DNA of 64,000 nucleotides from Nitrospirota bacterium (GTDB taxonomy: Bacteria; Patescibacteriota; Gracilibacteria; UBA1369; LOWO2-01-FULL-3), in assembly GCA_043816165.1 (NCBI GenBank), contig JBDRIE010000033.1, forward strand, positions 7,064 through 71,063. The letters are read 5' to 3'. The notes below the pieces were generated by a model. It saw nothing but the letters and a program-made list of their open reading frames with translations. It did no database searches and was not told the origin of the DNA. The position numbers and the translations under genes were made by a program. Below, one piece after another: positions 40,323 through 51,367 of this stretch (its first letter is position 1; each line of letters opens with the position of its first letter).

Positions 40323-42668
40323 ATGTCTCCAATCAAAAAAATAAAAAAAAGAAACGGTAAAGTCGCCGATTTTGACCAAGTTAAAATTACACAAGCAATA
40401 TGGAACGCTGCACGATCTGTTGGAGGAACCGACAAAGACCTTTCTAAACAAATCTCAAATCAAGTTGCGGCGGTATTGGAAGTATTTTTCAAAGATGAAT
40501 CAAATATTCCCAATGTAGAACAAATCCAAGACCTCGTTGAAAAAATCTTAATCGAAGGAGGACACGCAAAAACCGCTAAAGCATACATTCTTTATCGTGT
40601 AGAACACAAAAACCAAAGAAAAACTCAGGAAGACATATTAGGAGGAAAAACTACAAAATTACCATTCTCAACAAACGCATTAAAAGTATTGGCAGGAAGA
40701 TATCTGCAAAGAAATGAACAAGGAGAGGTATGTGAAAGCCCGGAAGACATGTTCAACAGAGTAGCTACAGCACTCGCAAAAGTAGAAGAAAATTACGGAG
40801 CGGGACCGGAACAATTAAGAGACTATAAAGATAAATTCAAAAGAGTTTTAGATAATTTTGAGTTCATCCCGGCAGGAAGAACTCTCGCAAACGCCGGAGG
40901 AAAGACGCGACTCGTTGCAAATTGTATCGTTTTACACTTTGACGACAGCATGGAAGGTATTTTCGAAACACTCAAAAATGCCGCCCTACTTCAACAAGCA
41001 GGTTCAGGACTCGGATTCCCGTGGCATCTTCTTCGCCCGGCGGGATACAGAACAAACAAAACCCAAGGAATGGCTTCAGGGCCGGTTTCTTTCATGAAAG
41101 CATATAACGAATCTTTCGGAGTCATCAAACAACAAGGTCGTCACGGAGCAAATATGGGAGTAATGAGAATCGATCATCCGGATATTTTGGAATTCATCGA
41201 AGCAAAATGGGAAGAAGGTGCACTGGTAAACTTCAACATCTCAGTTGGACTAACAGATGAGTTCATGCAAGCAGTAAAAACAAAGTCTGAAGCTCCATGG
41301 ATGTGTGTATGGAATAATAAAAAGATGAAACCGCGAAGAGTCATCAGAAATTCTCGGGGCGCTTTTGTAGAAGCTAGAGAAGAATCCATCACTGCTTCTG
41401 AATTAATGGACAAAATCATCAATGCAGCTTGGAGAAACGGAGAACCCGGCGTTCTTTTCCCGGATACAGCAAACAAATTCAATCCAATTCCTAAATTAGG
41501 TCGTCTGGAAGCCACTAATCCATGCGGAGAACAATGGCTTCACGATGGAGATGTTTGTAATTTGGGATCAATCAACCTCTCAAAATTAGTCCAAAATGGA
41601 CAAATTAATGAAAGAAGACTCCGAGAAGTAACAAAAATAGCGGTCAGAATGCTCGACAACGTAATAGATCTCACCGACTTCCCGGTAGACAAAGTAAATG
41701 CAACTTTCAGAAACAATAGAAGAGTGGGACTTGGAATAATGGGCTTCGCAGATATGCTTTACCAAATGAAAATCCCTTATGATTCAGAAGAAGGGTATGC
41801 AACAGCTGAAAAAGTAATGAGCATAGTAAACAACACAGCTCACGAAGCTTCAGAAGAACTTGCAGCAGAAAAATCATGCTTCCCAAATTGGGACATTTCA
41901 ATCTTCGCCCCAAAAGAAAAAAATATAAAAATGAGAAATTCCGCCCTAACAACAATCGCACCAACAGGATCTATCTCTATGTTGCTCGATTGTAGCTCGG
42001 GAGTAGAACCATTCTTCGCTCTCGCTTACACCAAAGAAGTAATGAGCGGTCAAAACCTCACATATATGAATCCATACCTCGAGCGTGAACTCAAACAACA
42101 CGACCTTTACACCGAAGATATTATCAAAGAAATAGAAAAAACCGGATCAATCCAACATATTGAACAAGTACCACAACACGTCAAACGTGTTTTCGTATCA
42201 GCAATGGACATCAACGCAGACGCACACATCAAAATGCAATCTGCATTCCAAAAACACGTCGACAATTCAATAAGCAAAACAGTCAACTTCCCATACAGCG
42301 CAACTAGAGAAGACGTAAGAAAAGGTTACATCGCCGCTTGGGAAATGGGACTAAAAGGATGCACAGTATATAGAGACGGAAGTCGTGAAGAACAAGTATT
42401 AAATATCAGCAAAGACGTAAAGGAAAAGAAAAAAGAAGAAGTAACAATCACTTCTCAAACAGAAAAATCAACTTTCGAAGAAGTCATCCCACCTCCGGTC
42501 ACAGAAGAAAGTTCAGCAAGTGGACTCACACAAGAAAGAGAACACATGTCATTAAACAAAAAAGAGATCATAGCCAGCAAAAAATGCCCTGAATGCTCAT
42601 CCCCTATCCAAATAGCTGAGGGCTGCATGTTATGTCTCGCCTGCGGATTCTCGGCATGCTCAGTTTAA
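40323..42668 (+). CDS. nrdJ: Class II (B12-dependent) ribonucleotide reductase with ATP cone
   Basis: ATP cone IKKRNGKVADFD, TNPCGEQ, CNLGSINL, TIAPTGSIS, C-terminal CPEC..CLAC; no adjacent beta subunit. Confidence 0.92.
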   Translation: MSPIKKIKKRNGKVADFDQVKITQAIWNAARSVGGTDKDLSKQISNQVAAVLEVFFKDESNIPNVEQIQDLVEKILIEGGHAKTAKAYILYRVEHKNQRKTQEDILGGKTTKLPFSTNALKVLAGRYLQRNEQGEVCESPEDMFNRVATALAKVEENYGAGPEQLRDYKDKFKRVLDNFEFIPAGRTLANAGGKTRLVANCIVLHFDDSMEGIFETLKNAALLQQAGSGLGFPWHLLRPAGYRTNKTQGMASGPVSFMKAYNESFGVIKQQGRHGANMGVMRIDHPDILEFIEAKWEEGALVNFNISVGLTDEFMQAVKTKSEAPWMCVWNNKKMKPRRVIRNSRGAFVEAREESITASELMDKIINAAWRNGEPGVLFPDTANKFNPIPKLGRLEATNPCGEQWLHDGDVCNLGSINLSKLVQNGQINERRLREVTKIAVRMLDNVIDLTDFPVDKVNATFRNNRRVGLGIMGFADMLYQMKIPYDSEEGYATAEKVMSIVNNTAHEASEELAAEKSCFPNWDISIFAPKEKNIKMRNSALTTIAPTGSISMLLDCSSGVEPFFALAYTKEVMSGQNLTYMNPYLERELKQHDLYTEDIIKEIEKTGSIQHIEQVPQHVKRVFVSAMDINADAHIKMQSAFQKHVDNSISKTVNFPYSATREDVRKGYIAAWEMGLKGCTVYRDGSREEQVLNISKDVKEKKKEEVTITSQTEKSTFEEVIPPPVTEESSASGLTQEREHMSLNKKEIIASKKCPECSSPIQIAEGCMLCLACGFSACSV

Positions 42669-42743
42669 TTGACTTATAAGAACAAATATCGTAAAATCAA
42701 AGCCCTCTAAATAATAATGGGAGCTTTTATTTAAGCCAAACAA

Positions 42744-45299
42744 ATGCAAAATCTTGCTGAACAGATAGACCAAATCGAAGACGTCGACAAAAACGAGGAG
42801 CCCCAACCCATGCGGACAACTCTCGACAAAAACAAACTTACTCCAAAAGAAGTAAAAGATTTACAAGACGAAAAAACTACAATGCCAAAGCTTGTTCGCC
42901 AAAGAAACCAACTCGAACAATCTGCAAAAGCTGAAATACAAGGACTACTTAACACAAACAATAGTAAAGATGTCATTGACCTTGGCGATTACAAAGACCT
43001 CAAACAAGAGCTCTCGGACCTAGAAAGGGAAATAACTGCAACAGATAGTCCGGAAAAAATGAAAGAACTCCTCGACAGAATCCGAGACATACCACGCAGA
43101 CAACAACAAAAAAAAGCCAATCAACAAAAACAAGAAGCCTCAGAAAAAGAAGAACTAGATGAAAACGATCCTCGCCTAAAAGAATTAAAAGATAAGTTCA
43201 CAAAAATTTGTAGAGACAACGAGCACCTCATCGGAGGTGGAGATGTAAATGGATACATAAAATGGTTCGAAAACGAACTAAGAAAAAAACCAACAATCGC
43301 CCACGGAAAAGAAGTAATCGACCAGCTTGAAGGAAAAAGAGTCTACGACAATGAAGGACTCGCACCCCGAAGAAAAATCTACAACGAACTCGAACAAGCA
43401 TTCAAAAAATACGGAATCGGCTCCCCTCTCAAGTCTCCCTTCATCAAACAAGAAGGATTACAGGAAAGAAAAGACTTCCTCCAAGGAATCAAACAAGCAG
43501 AAACAGAAGTAAAAAGAGTAAACGATTCGTTCTGGTCACCAAAAGCAAAAAAGTCATCAATGCAAGAAGTATTAATGGCAAAAAACCCTGGCGAGCAACA
43601 AGACATCACCAAAAAAATCAAAAAAATCAACACCATCGAATCAGAAGGTTTCATCTACATGAGAAACACAATGAATGTAGGAGGGACAACAGTACGAAAA
43701 ATGAGTGACGCGTCAATTGGCGCATTCCTCCTAGGTCTAAAAGGTGAAGGAAGTATAAAAAAACGACTCGAATATGTAACCGGTAATGGAAAATATTCAA
43801 ACGGAATTAAAGAAGCCGTAGAAAATGAAGCCTCGCTTTATGGAAAAGAATTGAAACCAGAAGTAGCAAAACTTTTTGGAATCACAAACGGACTAGAAGG
43901 AATCTACAAAGACAACCCTGAAGGATTCAAACTTGCGGTAAAAAGTTTTGAAAAACTGGATTTCATGAAAAAAATTCAAGCCCTAAAAGAACACAAAAAA
44001 ATAGTAGAGAAATCCGAAAACAAAGAAGAACTCGAGAAAAAATTAAAAGTAATGCAAGCCCACACAGAAATAGATGAATCAGCAAGAAAAAAAGACATCG
44101 CCGCCTGCACTCAAAAAACATATAAAGATTGGTTCTCTGACAAAGACAATTACAAGAATCCGAAAAACAACAAACCCGGAGATCTGAAAACGTTAAAAAA
44201 ATTCGTAGACATCCTGACAAGCGACACGATTAATAAAAAGTCTCACAACCTCGCATATTACGCAGCAGGCAGAAAAGGATTCAAATATTTACTCAAAGAA
44301 ACTGAAAAAAATGATCCGAAATTTGATAAAGCGACACAGAAAAAATGGCAAAGCGATTACGACAGCAAAGGATGGACAGACAAAACCAAAGTGTACGACA
44401 AATTAAAAATCATTCACAAAAAATCGGAAAATGAAAAAACAAAAGCTAAATTCCTGGAAGCGGCAAACGACAACAACGACACCAAAGAAACCAAAGAAAA
44501 ATTAACACTCGAACAAACCATTGCCTCTGCGCTACAACTCCTTGCCGACGATCAACCGGAAGAAGCAAAAAAGAAATTAAACTCATATGTAGAGAACCTT
44601 CCTGATGGCGACCCGGTCCCAAGAGAAATTTGGAATTTGATGAAACTCGCAAACAAAGAATCTAAGGAAAAAGGAGAAGGGGAGAAACTTGCAGACACAG
44701 AAGAAAAACGAATTGAAGAAGATGTAAAAACAATTGCAAGATCAGATGGAAAAATAAAAGACAGAATCGAGGAACAAAATCTAACAACTCTCAATCTCGA
44801 AGGAACGAAACAAAGTGAGAACAGACACGAAAAAACAGTTTCAGGGCAAGACAGAGCCAAAAAAGAATCAATGTCTCGCGCACAAGGAGACAAACTCGAA
44901 AAAGATCTGACAGAAGATTTCTACAAACAAACCGATGACAAACACACCCTAAACAAAGAAGGAACAGGTGAAAAAATGTCAGAGATTAAATTTGATGGAG
45001 TCGATATGACAGATGAAAAACGACAAAAATTAAAAGACGACACTCGAAAACATGAAACACAAATCTTCGACAAAACCGGATTCACTCACATCGACATGAA
45101 AGACAAAACCGGCAAAAAAATCTCAGCTGAACAAGCTGGAAAAAAACAAGAAGTTCAACTGGAACAACTCGAAGACGACCTTGCGAACGAAGCCCTCAAA
45201 AAAGAAGAGAAACGATCCGGGAAAAATGACAAATCAGCATTCAACCTAAACGCCCGTATGGCCGCAAACAGAAAAGCAAAAGATCTCCTGAACAAATAA
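42744..45299 (+). CDS. Large charged helical hypothetical protein
   Basis: 851-aa K/E-rich ORF with no TM; TTGACT-N17-TAAAAT at 42669-42697. Confidence 0.8.
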   Translation: MQNLAEQIDQIEDVDKNEEPQPMRTTLDKNKLTPKEVKDLQDEKTTMPKLVRQRNQLEQSAKAEIQGLLNTNNSKDVIDLGDYKDLKQELSDLEREITATDSPEKMKELLDRIRDIPRRQQQKKANQQKQEASEKEELDENDPRLKELKDKFTKICRDNEHLIGGGDVNGYIKWFENELRKKPTIAHGKEVIDQLEGKRVYDNEGLAPRRKIYNELEQAFKKYGIGSPLKSPFIKQEGLQERKDFLQGIKQAETEVKRVNDSFWSPKAKKSSMQEVLMAKNPGEQQDITKKIKKINTIESEGFIYMRNTMNVGGTTVRKMSDASIGAFLLGLKGEGSIKKRLEYVTGNGKYSNGIKEAVENEASLYGKELKPEVAKLFGITNGLEGIYKDNPEGFKLAVKSFEKLDFMKKIQALKEHKKIVEKSENKEELEKKLKVMQAHTEIDESARKKDIAACTQKTYKDWFSDKDNYKNPKNNKPGDLKTLKKFVDILTSDTINKKSHNLAYYAAGRKGFKYLLKETEKNDPKFDKATQKKWQSDYDSKGWTDKTKVYDKLKIIHKKSENEKTKAKFLEAANDNNDTKETKEKLTLEQTIASALQLLADDQPEEAKKKLNSYVENLPDGDPVPREIWNLMKLANKESKEKGEGEKLADTEEKRIEEDVKTIARSDGKIKDRIEEQNLTTLNLEGTKQSENRHEKTVSGQDRAKKESMSRAQGDKLEKDLTEDFYKQTDDKHTLNKEGTGEKMSEIKFDGVDMTDEKRQKLKDDTRKHETQIFDKTGFTHIDMKDKTGKKISAEQAGKKQEVQLEQLEDDLANEALKKEEKRSGKNDKSAFNLNARMAANRKAKDLLNK

Positions 45300-45352
45300 A
45301 CACATTCACATGAAAGATTGAGGAGATAAAGCGAACGTGTTAACCTTCGACC

Positions 45353-45880
45353 ATGATCCTAGGTATTATTACAATTATTGTTGTTATCCTTGTAATCATT
45401 TTCCTATTCACTGGTTTTTACATAATGATTTTTGGAGGAGGACCATTCATCCCCACCCCAATGCCTTCCGTCCACGAAGTCCTCAAACATGCAAAAATAA
45501 AAAAAGGAGACAAAGTTTATGACATCGGAGCCGGCGACGGAAGATTTGTCCATTTCGCTGCAAAAGATTACAAAGCCAACGCTGTCGGATTCGAATTAGA
45601 CCCATTCGTTTTCTTTTTAGCGAAACTCAGACAGTGGATCTGGGGATGGAAAGGAAAAATAATAAGAGGAAATTTCCTAAAACAAAACATCTCTGATGCA
45701 GATGTTGTTATCTGCTTCATGATGCCAAAATCTCTAAAGATATATCAGAAGAAATTCAAGAAAGAATTAAAAAAAGGAGCCAAAATTATTTCATACACTT
45801 TCAAAGTAGGAACTTTAAAACCGGCGAAAGTCATTCCGAAGAGGGGGAAGATAAACAAAATTTTGATATACAAAATTTAG
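45353..45880 (+). CDS. Membrane-anchored class I SAM methyltransferase
   Basis: TM, PFIPTP, VYDIGAGDGR, GFELDP. Confidence 0.88.
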   Translation: MILGIITIIVVILVIIFLFTGFYIMIFGGGPFIPTPMPSVHEVLKHAKIKKGDKVYDIGAGDGRFVHFAAKDYKANAVGFELDPFVFFLAKLRQWIWGWKGKIIRGNFLKQNISDADVVICFMMPKSLKIYQKKFKKELKKGAKIISYTFKVGTLKPAKVIPKRGKINKILIYKI

Positions 45881-47288
45881 CTAACAAAAAATAATAAACA
45901 GCTCCTATCCCCCACGTCCATTTCATTTCCAAAGAAGCAAATTCAAGCGAAGCAAATATTTCAACAAAGAATATTATTATTTCCAAAATTAAATATCCAA
46001 AAAATCCAAATATTTTTCCAAAAAACACAGCAACAAATCCAAACATCATCGCAAAAGGTATCAAAGGCAAAACAAACAAGTTCGCAATCGGTGAAATAAT
46101 AGAAAACCTCTCAAAATTCAAAATAATTATAGGAACAACTGTAATCTGAGCAGATAAAGTTAATTGCAAAGCTTCACGAATCCCTAAAATCTTTGGAACT
46201 CTTTTCAAATACCGACCTAAACTCTCAGAAAAAAGCACAATCCCAAAAGTCGCCAAAAAAGAGAGCTGGAAACCAACATCATAAACAAGAATTTTTGGAT
46301 TCCACATATTCATAAAAAAAGCAGAAGCGAACAAGCTCAAAAATACAAAATATTGCCTTCCAAAATACAAAGCAATAAGCGAAATTCCACCCATAATCCC
46401 CGCCCGAACCACACTCGCACTAGCCCCCACCAAAATCACAAACAAAAAAATGAAAAATATCGACAACACCACCCTAACCTTCCTCGTAAAAAAACTAAAT
46501 ATTCCACTAATGACCACAACAACCAGAGCAACATTGTATCCGCTCACAGCAATAATATGAGTAAGGCCAGTCATATTAAAACTATTCATCAAATCCTCAC
46601 TAATACCCTTGCGGCTACCCAAAATAAGTCCAGCCATAAAACCTCCATACGGCTCCGTAAAAATTTTGTTCAATTTTCCCTCAAAAATTCGCTTCAAATT
46701 GAAAATAGAGCCATAAAGCATACCCCCACTCCCATCAGAAATTTTCTCAATATTTGCCCTATAAACCACACTATAAATGGAATACCTACTCAAATATTTG
46801 TCATATGCAAAATCCTCAATAGCCTCCGGCTCCTCTATTGTCCCCGAAACCCTCAAACAATCGCCATAACTGTAAATTGGATATTTACTCCCATTTACAA
46901 GCACTCTCCCACCCACCTTCACCCATTTTTCGTCTAAGTTAAGCCGCTCGACCTCTACTACATATTTCGCCTTATCCACCCTAATATCAGCTTCCTCAAC
47001 CACGCACCCCTCAAATTCATACCATCCTTCAAAATTCCGCACATGCCCTTCCCCACCTTCAAATGAATAGGCAAATCGCCAAAAACCCAATAACACAAAC
47101 AAAATTCCAAAGACTATCAATTTCACAAATCTCACCTTAAAAATAAGAACAAACGTCCTAACGGCAAAAACCCACATCACAAAAACAATAAACCCCTTCT
47201 TAACCTCCTCCTCCAAGTAATACTCCCCAAAAACAATCCCAAACATAAAACAAACCACCAAAAATAAGAACCAATCGCTTTTATTCAT
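45831..47288 (-). CDS. comEC: Competence channel ComEC
   Basis: GLTHIIAVSGYN, SVVRAGIM, GFQLSFLAT; N-terminal OB-like region. Confidence 0.93.
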   Translation of the reverse strand: MNKSDWFLFLVVCFMFGIVFGEYYLEEEVKKGFIVFVMWVFAVRTFVLIFKVRFVKLIVFGILFVLLGFWRFAYSFEGGEGHVRNFEGWYEFEGCVVEEADIRVDKAKYVVEVERLNLDEKWVKVGGRVLVNGSKYPIYSYGDCLRVSGTIEEPEAIEDFAYDKYLSRYSIYSVVYRANIEKISDGSGGMLYGSIFNLKRIFEGKLNKIFTEPYGGFMAGLILGSRKGISEDLMNSFNMTGLTHIIAVSGYNVALVVVVISGIFSFFTRKVRVVLSIFFIFLFVILVGASASVVRAGIMGGISLIALYFGRQYFVFLSLFASAFFMNMWNPKILVYDVGFQLSFLATFGIVLFSESLGRYLKRVPKILGIREALQLTLSAQITVVPIIILNFERFSIISPIANLFVLPLIPFAMMFGFVAVFFGKIFGFFGYLILEIIIFFVEIFASLEFASLEMKWTWGIGAVYYFLLAKFCISKFCLSSPSSE

Positions 47289-47413
47289 ACAAAAACCCTA
47301 CCCCATAAACTTAAAAAAAACTTAAAAAAATTCTAAAATCTCTAACTTAAAGTTAAATTGAAAAAACCATCAAAAACCAGTAACATTAGCAAGTCTCATA
47401 AAACCTATGAAAA

Positions 47414-49849
47414 ATGAGGAGATTCCTGACAATAATAACAATATCGGCACTTTTCCTGCCATTAACCATACAAACCGCTTCAGCGCAATTCTCCGACCTA
47501 TTTAAAAACAACAAAAACTACGAAGCAATTATATTTTTGGAGGGAAGCAACATTCTAGTCGGATACTCAGACGGAACCTTTCGCCCAAACAACGAGGTAA
47601 ATCGAGCGGAATTCCTAAAAATCACACTCGAAGGATCAAAAATCCCATTGGACAAAAACGACATCTCTCTGCCATTCCCGGACACACAAAACGACGAATG
47701 GTACCGCCCGTACATTCAAAAAGCTTACGACTCAGGATGGATCGTCGGATTCAACGATGGAACCTTCAAACCCGACCAAACAATCACAAAAGCTGAAGCA
47801 TTAAAAATACTAGGAGAAGTCCAACAATGGCAATTAAACGAAAATCCACAAAGTTCGCCATTTCAGGACATTGATCTAAACGAGTGGTATGCGGCCTACG
47901 TAGTTTACGCAAATGATCACGACTATTTGGAAGAAAATGGAGAATTATTCGAACCGCAAAACCTAATGACCCGCGCAAACATAAGTGAAGTCCTCTATAG
48001 GACAATAACTGTCGAAAATGAAGAAGCAGAAGTCGACATAGAAGAAGAAGTTGAAATAGAAGAAAAGCCGGCAGCAACACCAGTCACATTCGAAAAAACA
48101 CCAGTCGCATTCAAAGAAATCCCAATCGATTTCTTCGACAATATAACTCTTAGCACACCACTCCCAAACACATTCTACAAAAATGAAACATATGTAATCG
48201 AAGGTCAAATAAATTCAGATAACTACGATACTATCTCCATATTTCTCGATAATGATATGTACACAGATTTGGATTATCTACTATTCACAGGAGAAGTGAC
48301 AAATGGACAATTCGAAATTCCGGTTCATTTCAGAGAAACTGAAAATTACACCATCGGAATTATCCCGGGAACAAATGGAAACACAAAAATTGAAGAAATT
48401 TCAGTACTCACATCGCTCCCCTCACCATCCGATACAGATTCTCCAACCGGATCAATAGAAAACCTAAGTATCAGCTACGAAAATAAGACCACTTCTTTAA
48501 AATTCAATGCTCCTTCAGATTCATTAAAAATATTTACATTCAAACAAGAAAACGATTCAGTGGAATTCATTTCACGACAAAATAGAGACAATCTCCCCCT
48601 CTATTATCCGGCTTTTGAAGACTTTTCCGAAGGAAATGTGACCTATCTTGGACAACTAAACAACACAAGTTCAGCTTCCACTCCAGAAAAATCTTTTGAG
48701 GCGGTAGAACATACATACGATCAAATTGACGAAGATAAAATATCCGCAACCATTCCTGACACACTCCCAAAATTTCAAGATATCTCAATAAACGGAACAA
48801 CAAAAACAGACACCCTTCTGGAAGGATTTGTAATAAAACCCGACGGCCTTGTAGAATCTGTAATGCTCGAAACCAGCAGCGAAACATCAAATTATTTTGG
48901 ATCTGAAATCATTGTAAGTGGAAATAATTTCGAATTTGATTATGTTGAAACAACAAAAGGACGTTACATCATAGAAATCATTGATAATTATGGAGTCCCA
49001 ATAGTTAACCATCCTGTTTACATTGGAAGCATTATTCCGCTAATTCCTGATTACTTCGACCTAAACGAAAGGGCTTTCTTCTCAGGAATTCTCGACCTCG
49101 ACGCTCTCAGAAAAGATCTCCTCAACGAAATCAACGACAACCGATCAGTTTACGGTTACTCGGAAATCAAATTAAATTCAGAGCTAAACACGTTGGCTCA
49201 AAACCACTCGGAAGATATGGCAGAAAATGATTTCTTTGGTCACATAAATTTAGAAAACCAAACACCTGACGACAGAAGATTAGAAGATGGCATTAATATG
49301 CCCGTATCGGAAAATATAGCCAAAGACGTTTCAGTAATATTCGCGCATCTTGGATTAATGAGAAGCGGAAGCCACAGAGAAAACATTCTAAATCCTGATT
49401 GGCATTTAGTGGGATTGGGAATCGCACAATCCAATGGATACATTTATGTCACAGAAGAGTTTTCCGCAGGAGAAATCACAGCAAGCGATCTAACCAAATA
49501 TAAAAACTCTTTGATTGACGAAGTAAACGACCAAAGAGAATCAAATGGTCTCTCCGCACTCACTTACCAAAACAGTATCGAATCGGTTTGCACAGATCTA
49601 AACAATAAAACTATTTCAGAAAACATCATCCTAACAACAGAAGATCTTTCGACCGCTCTAGAACTGCACGATATTGCAGGAACATCGCAATATACGAGTA
49701 GAACATATAATATTTGGTCTGTAATCCTTTCTTCAATCCTAAAAGATGAAGAAAGTTCGATTCTTGATGAAAGTTGGGTTAATATTGGTGTCGATATCCA
49801 ACTCGACGAGACAGGTATGATTCATGTGTCGTTCATCTTGAACAAATAA
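47414..49849 (+). CDS. Secreted SLH plus CAP(SCP)-domain surface protein
   Basis: Signal peptide, three SLH repeats, CAP motifs AQNHSEDMAENDFFGH, ENIA, SGSHRENIL. Confidence 0.88.
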   Translation: MRRFLTIITISALFLPLTIQTASAQFSDLFKNNKNYEAIIFLEGSNILVGYSDGTFRPNNEVNRAEFLKITLEGSKIPLDKNDISLPFPDTQNDEWYRPYIQKAYDSGWIVGFNDGTFKPDQTITKAEALKILGEVQQWQLNENPQSSPFQDIDLNEWYAAYVVYANDHDYLEENGELFEPQNLMTRANISEVLYRTITVENEEAEVDIEEEVEIEEKPAATPVTFEKTPVAFKEIPIDFFDNITLSTPLPNTFYKNETYVIEGQINSDNYDTISIFLDNDMYTDLDYLLFTGEVTNGQFEIPVHFRETENYTIGIIPGTNGNTKIEEISVLTSLPSPSDTDSPTGSIENLSISYENKTTSLKFNAPSDSLKIFTFKQENDSVEFISRQNRDNLPLYYPAFEDFSEGNVTYLGQLNNTSSASTPEKSFEAVEHTYDQIDEDKISATIPDTLPKFQDISINGTTKTDTLLEGFVIKPDGLVESVMLETSSETSNYFGSEIIVSGNNFEFDYVETTKGRYIIEIIDNYGVPIVNHPVYIGSIIPLIPDYFDLNERAFFSGILDLDALRKDLLNEINDNRSVYGYSEIKLNSELNTLAQNHSEDMAENDFFGHINLENQTPDDRRLEDGINMPVSENIAKDVSVIFAHLGLMRSGSHRENILNPDWHLVGLGIAQSNGYIYVTEEFSAGEITASDLTKYKNSLIDEVNDQRESNGLSALTYQNSIESVCTDLNNKTISENIILTTEDLSTALELHDIAGTSQYTSRTYNIWSVILSSILKDEESSILDESWVNIGVDIQLDETGMIHVSFILNK

Positions 49850-49855
49850 AAAATT

Positions 49856-51367
49856 ATGAATTTTAAAGTAAAGAAAATCAGAAAAACGGTTCCGCAAAAA
49901 AAGAAAACCGAAGAGCTGGAACCAAAGTTTACAAAAAAAACTTTAAGCATAAAAATTCCTATACTTATTTCATTGGTAATAGTGATTCTATTGGTAGTTG
50001 GAATCGCAAAAGCCATAAGCCATATAAACTTCAATGTTTTCCTTAAAATTGCGGGAGACGAGCTTTTAACAGATGAAGAGGGACACACAAATTTCCTTAT
50101 TTTAGGGACAGGAGATAAAAATCATGAAGGAGCAGATCTCACAGATACAATAATGGTTGTCAGTCTCGATGACGAAAACAAACTGGTAAACATGCTCTCG
50201 ATCCCCCGTGATCTTTATGTGGAAGACGACGTTGTCGGAAGCTCAAAAATAAATGAAGCATTTCATTATGGGAGAGTTTATTACGATAATGAACAAAAAG
50301 GTCTCGAATACTTAACAGAAAAAGTAGAAGATATTACGAATATTGACATTCAATATAGGGTCAAAATAAATTTTCAAGGATTTAAAGATCTCGTCGATGC
50401 ACTTGGAGGCATAGATCTCTATATAGAAGAAGCAATTTATGATCCATATTACCCAAAAGATGGAACAGTATTATTCGAAACCTTCAGCATTTCTGAAGGA
50501 CAGCATCATCTAGACGGAGAAACGGCTCTAAAATATGTCCGAAGTCGAAAAACCACCTCAGACTTTGATAGAGCGGCAAGGCAACAACAAGTAATATATG
50601 CAATTAAAGAAAAAGCACTGCAAACAGAAACAATTCTAAACCAAGAAAAAATTAAAAAACTACTAAACGCACTAAAATCGAATATCGACACAAACATCAA
50701 GGTCAAAGAAATCCTCACGATGGGTGCAATGGCATCAGATTATTCATCCGAGTCAATCACACAAAGATTAATTCACGACAATCCAATCGACTGTGGAGGA
50801 TTCCTATATCCGGAACTCTACAACGAACAATATGTATTAATCCCTGCCGGTGGCTATGAAATCCTAGAACAATACTCTGATTTAATTTTCAATCATCCAT
50901 TAGTTTCACAAGAAAACAGCATCATCTACATCTTAAATGGAACATCAGAATACGGGGTTGCCGGTGAAACAAAACAAGTACTCCAAAGATTCTGCTTCGA
51001 TATCCAAGGATTTGGGAATGCATCATCAAAAGACATAACAAAAACAACATACTACTACATCCAGATGTATGACGGAGACGGAGAACCGGTAGATTCAAGA
51101 CCGGCATCATTAGACTTCCTCCAAAAACTCATTCCCGGAGAAGAAAGCACTAATATAAAAGAAGAATACAAAGAACACTTTGGGCCTGCAGACATCGTAA
51201 TCGAACTGGGAAGTGATTACGTTGGTACTGACAAATACATGCTCGACCATTTTTATTACCTCTCTTCCCCTTCTCACTCAACAAATCCAAGTACAAATTT
51301 AAATGGCACAACCCAAGACCCAGATCTTGAAACCCCTGAGAATGAGACTGAAAATACGACTGAATAA
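49856..51367 (+). CDS. LCP-family glycopolymer transferase with LytR_C domain
   Basis: TDTIMV, SIPRDL, ALKYVRSR, SDFDRAARQQ, ILNGT..GVA. Confidence 0.92.
   Translation: MNFKVKKIRKTVPQKKKTEELEPKFTKKTLSIKIPILISLVIVILLVVGIAKAISHINFNVFLKIAGDELLTDEEGHTNFLILGTGDKNHEGADLTDTIMVVSLDDENKLVNMLSIPRDLYVEDDVVGSSKINEAFHYGRVYYDNEQKGLEYLTEKVEDITNIDIQYRVKINFQGFKDLVDALGGIDLYIEEAIYDPYYPKDGTVLFETFSISEGQHHLDGETALKYVRSRKTTSDFDRAARQQQVIYAIKEKALQTETILNQEKIKKLLNALKSNIDTNIKVKEILTMGAMASDYSSESITQRLIHDNPIDCGGFLYPELYNEQYVLIPAGGYEILEQYSDLIFNHPLVSQENSIIYILNGTSEYGVAGETKQVLQRFCFDIQGFGNASSKDITKTTYYYIQMYDGDGEPVDSRPASLDFLQKLIPGEESTNIKEEYKEHFGPADIVIELGSDYVGTDKYMLDHFYYLSSPSHSTNPSTNLNGTTQDPDLETPENETENTTE

Noticed and set aside
40323-42668. 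Intein or intron in nrdJ
   Set aside because: The ORF is continuous, of normal length, and shows no splice-junction motifs.
48029-48117. Short tandem duplications (EVDIEE/EVEIEE; TPVTFEK/TPVAFKE)
   Set aside because: Ordinary linker slippage in a surface protein, two copies each.
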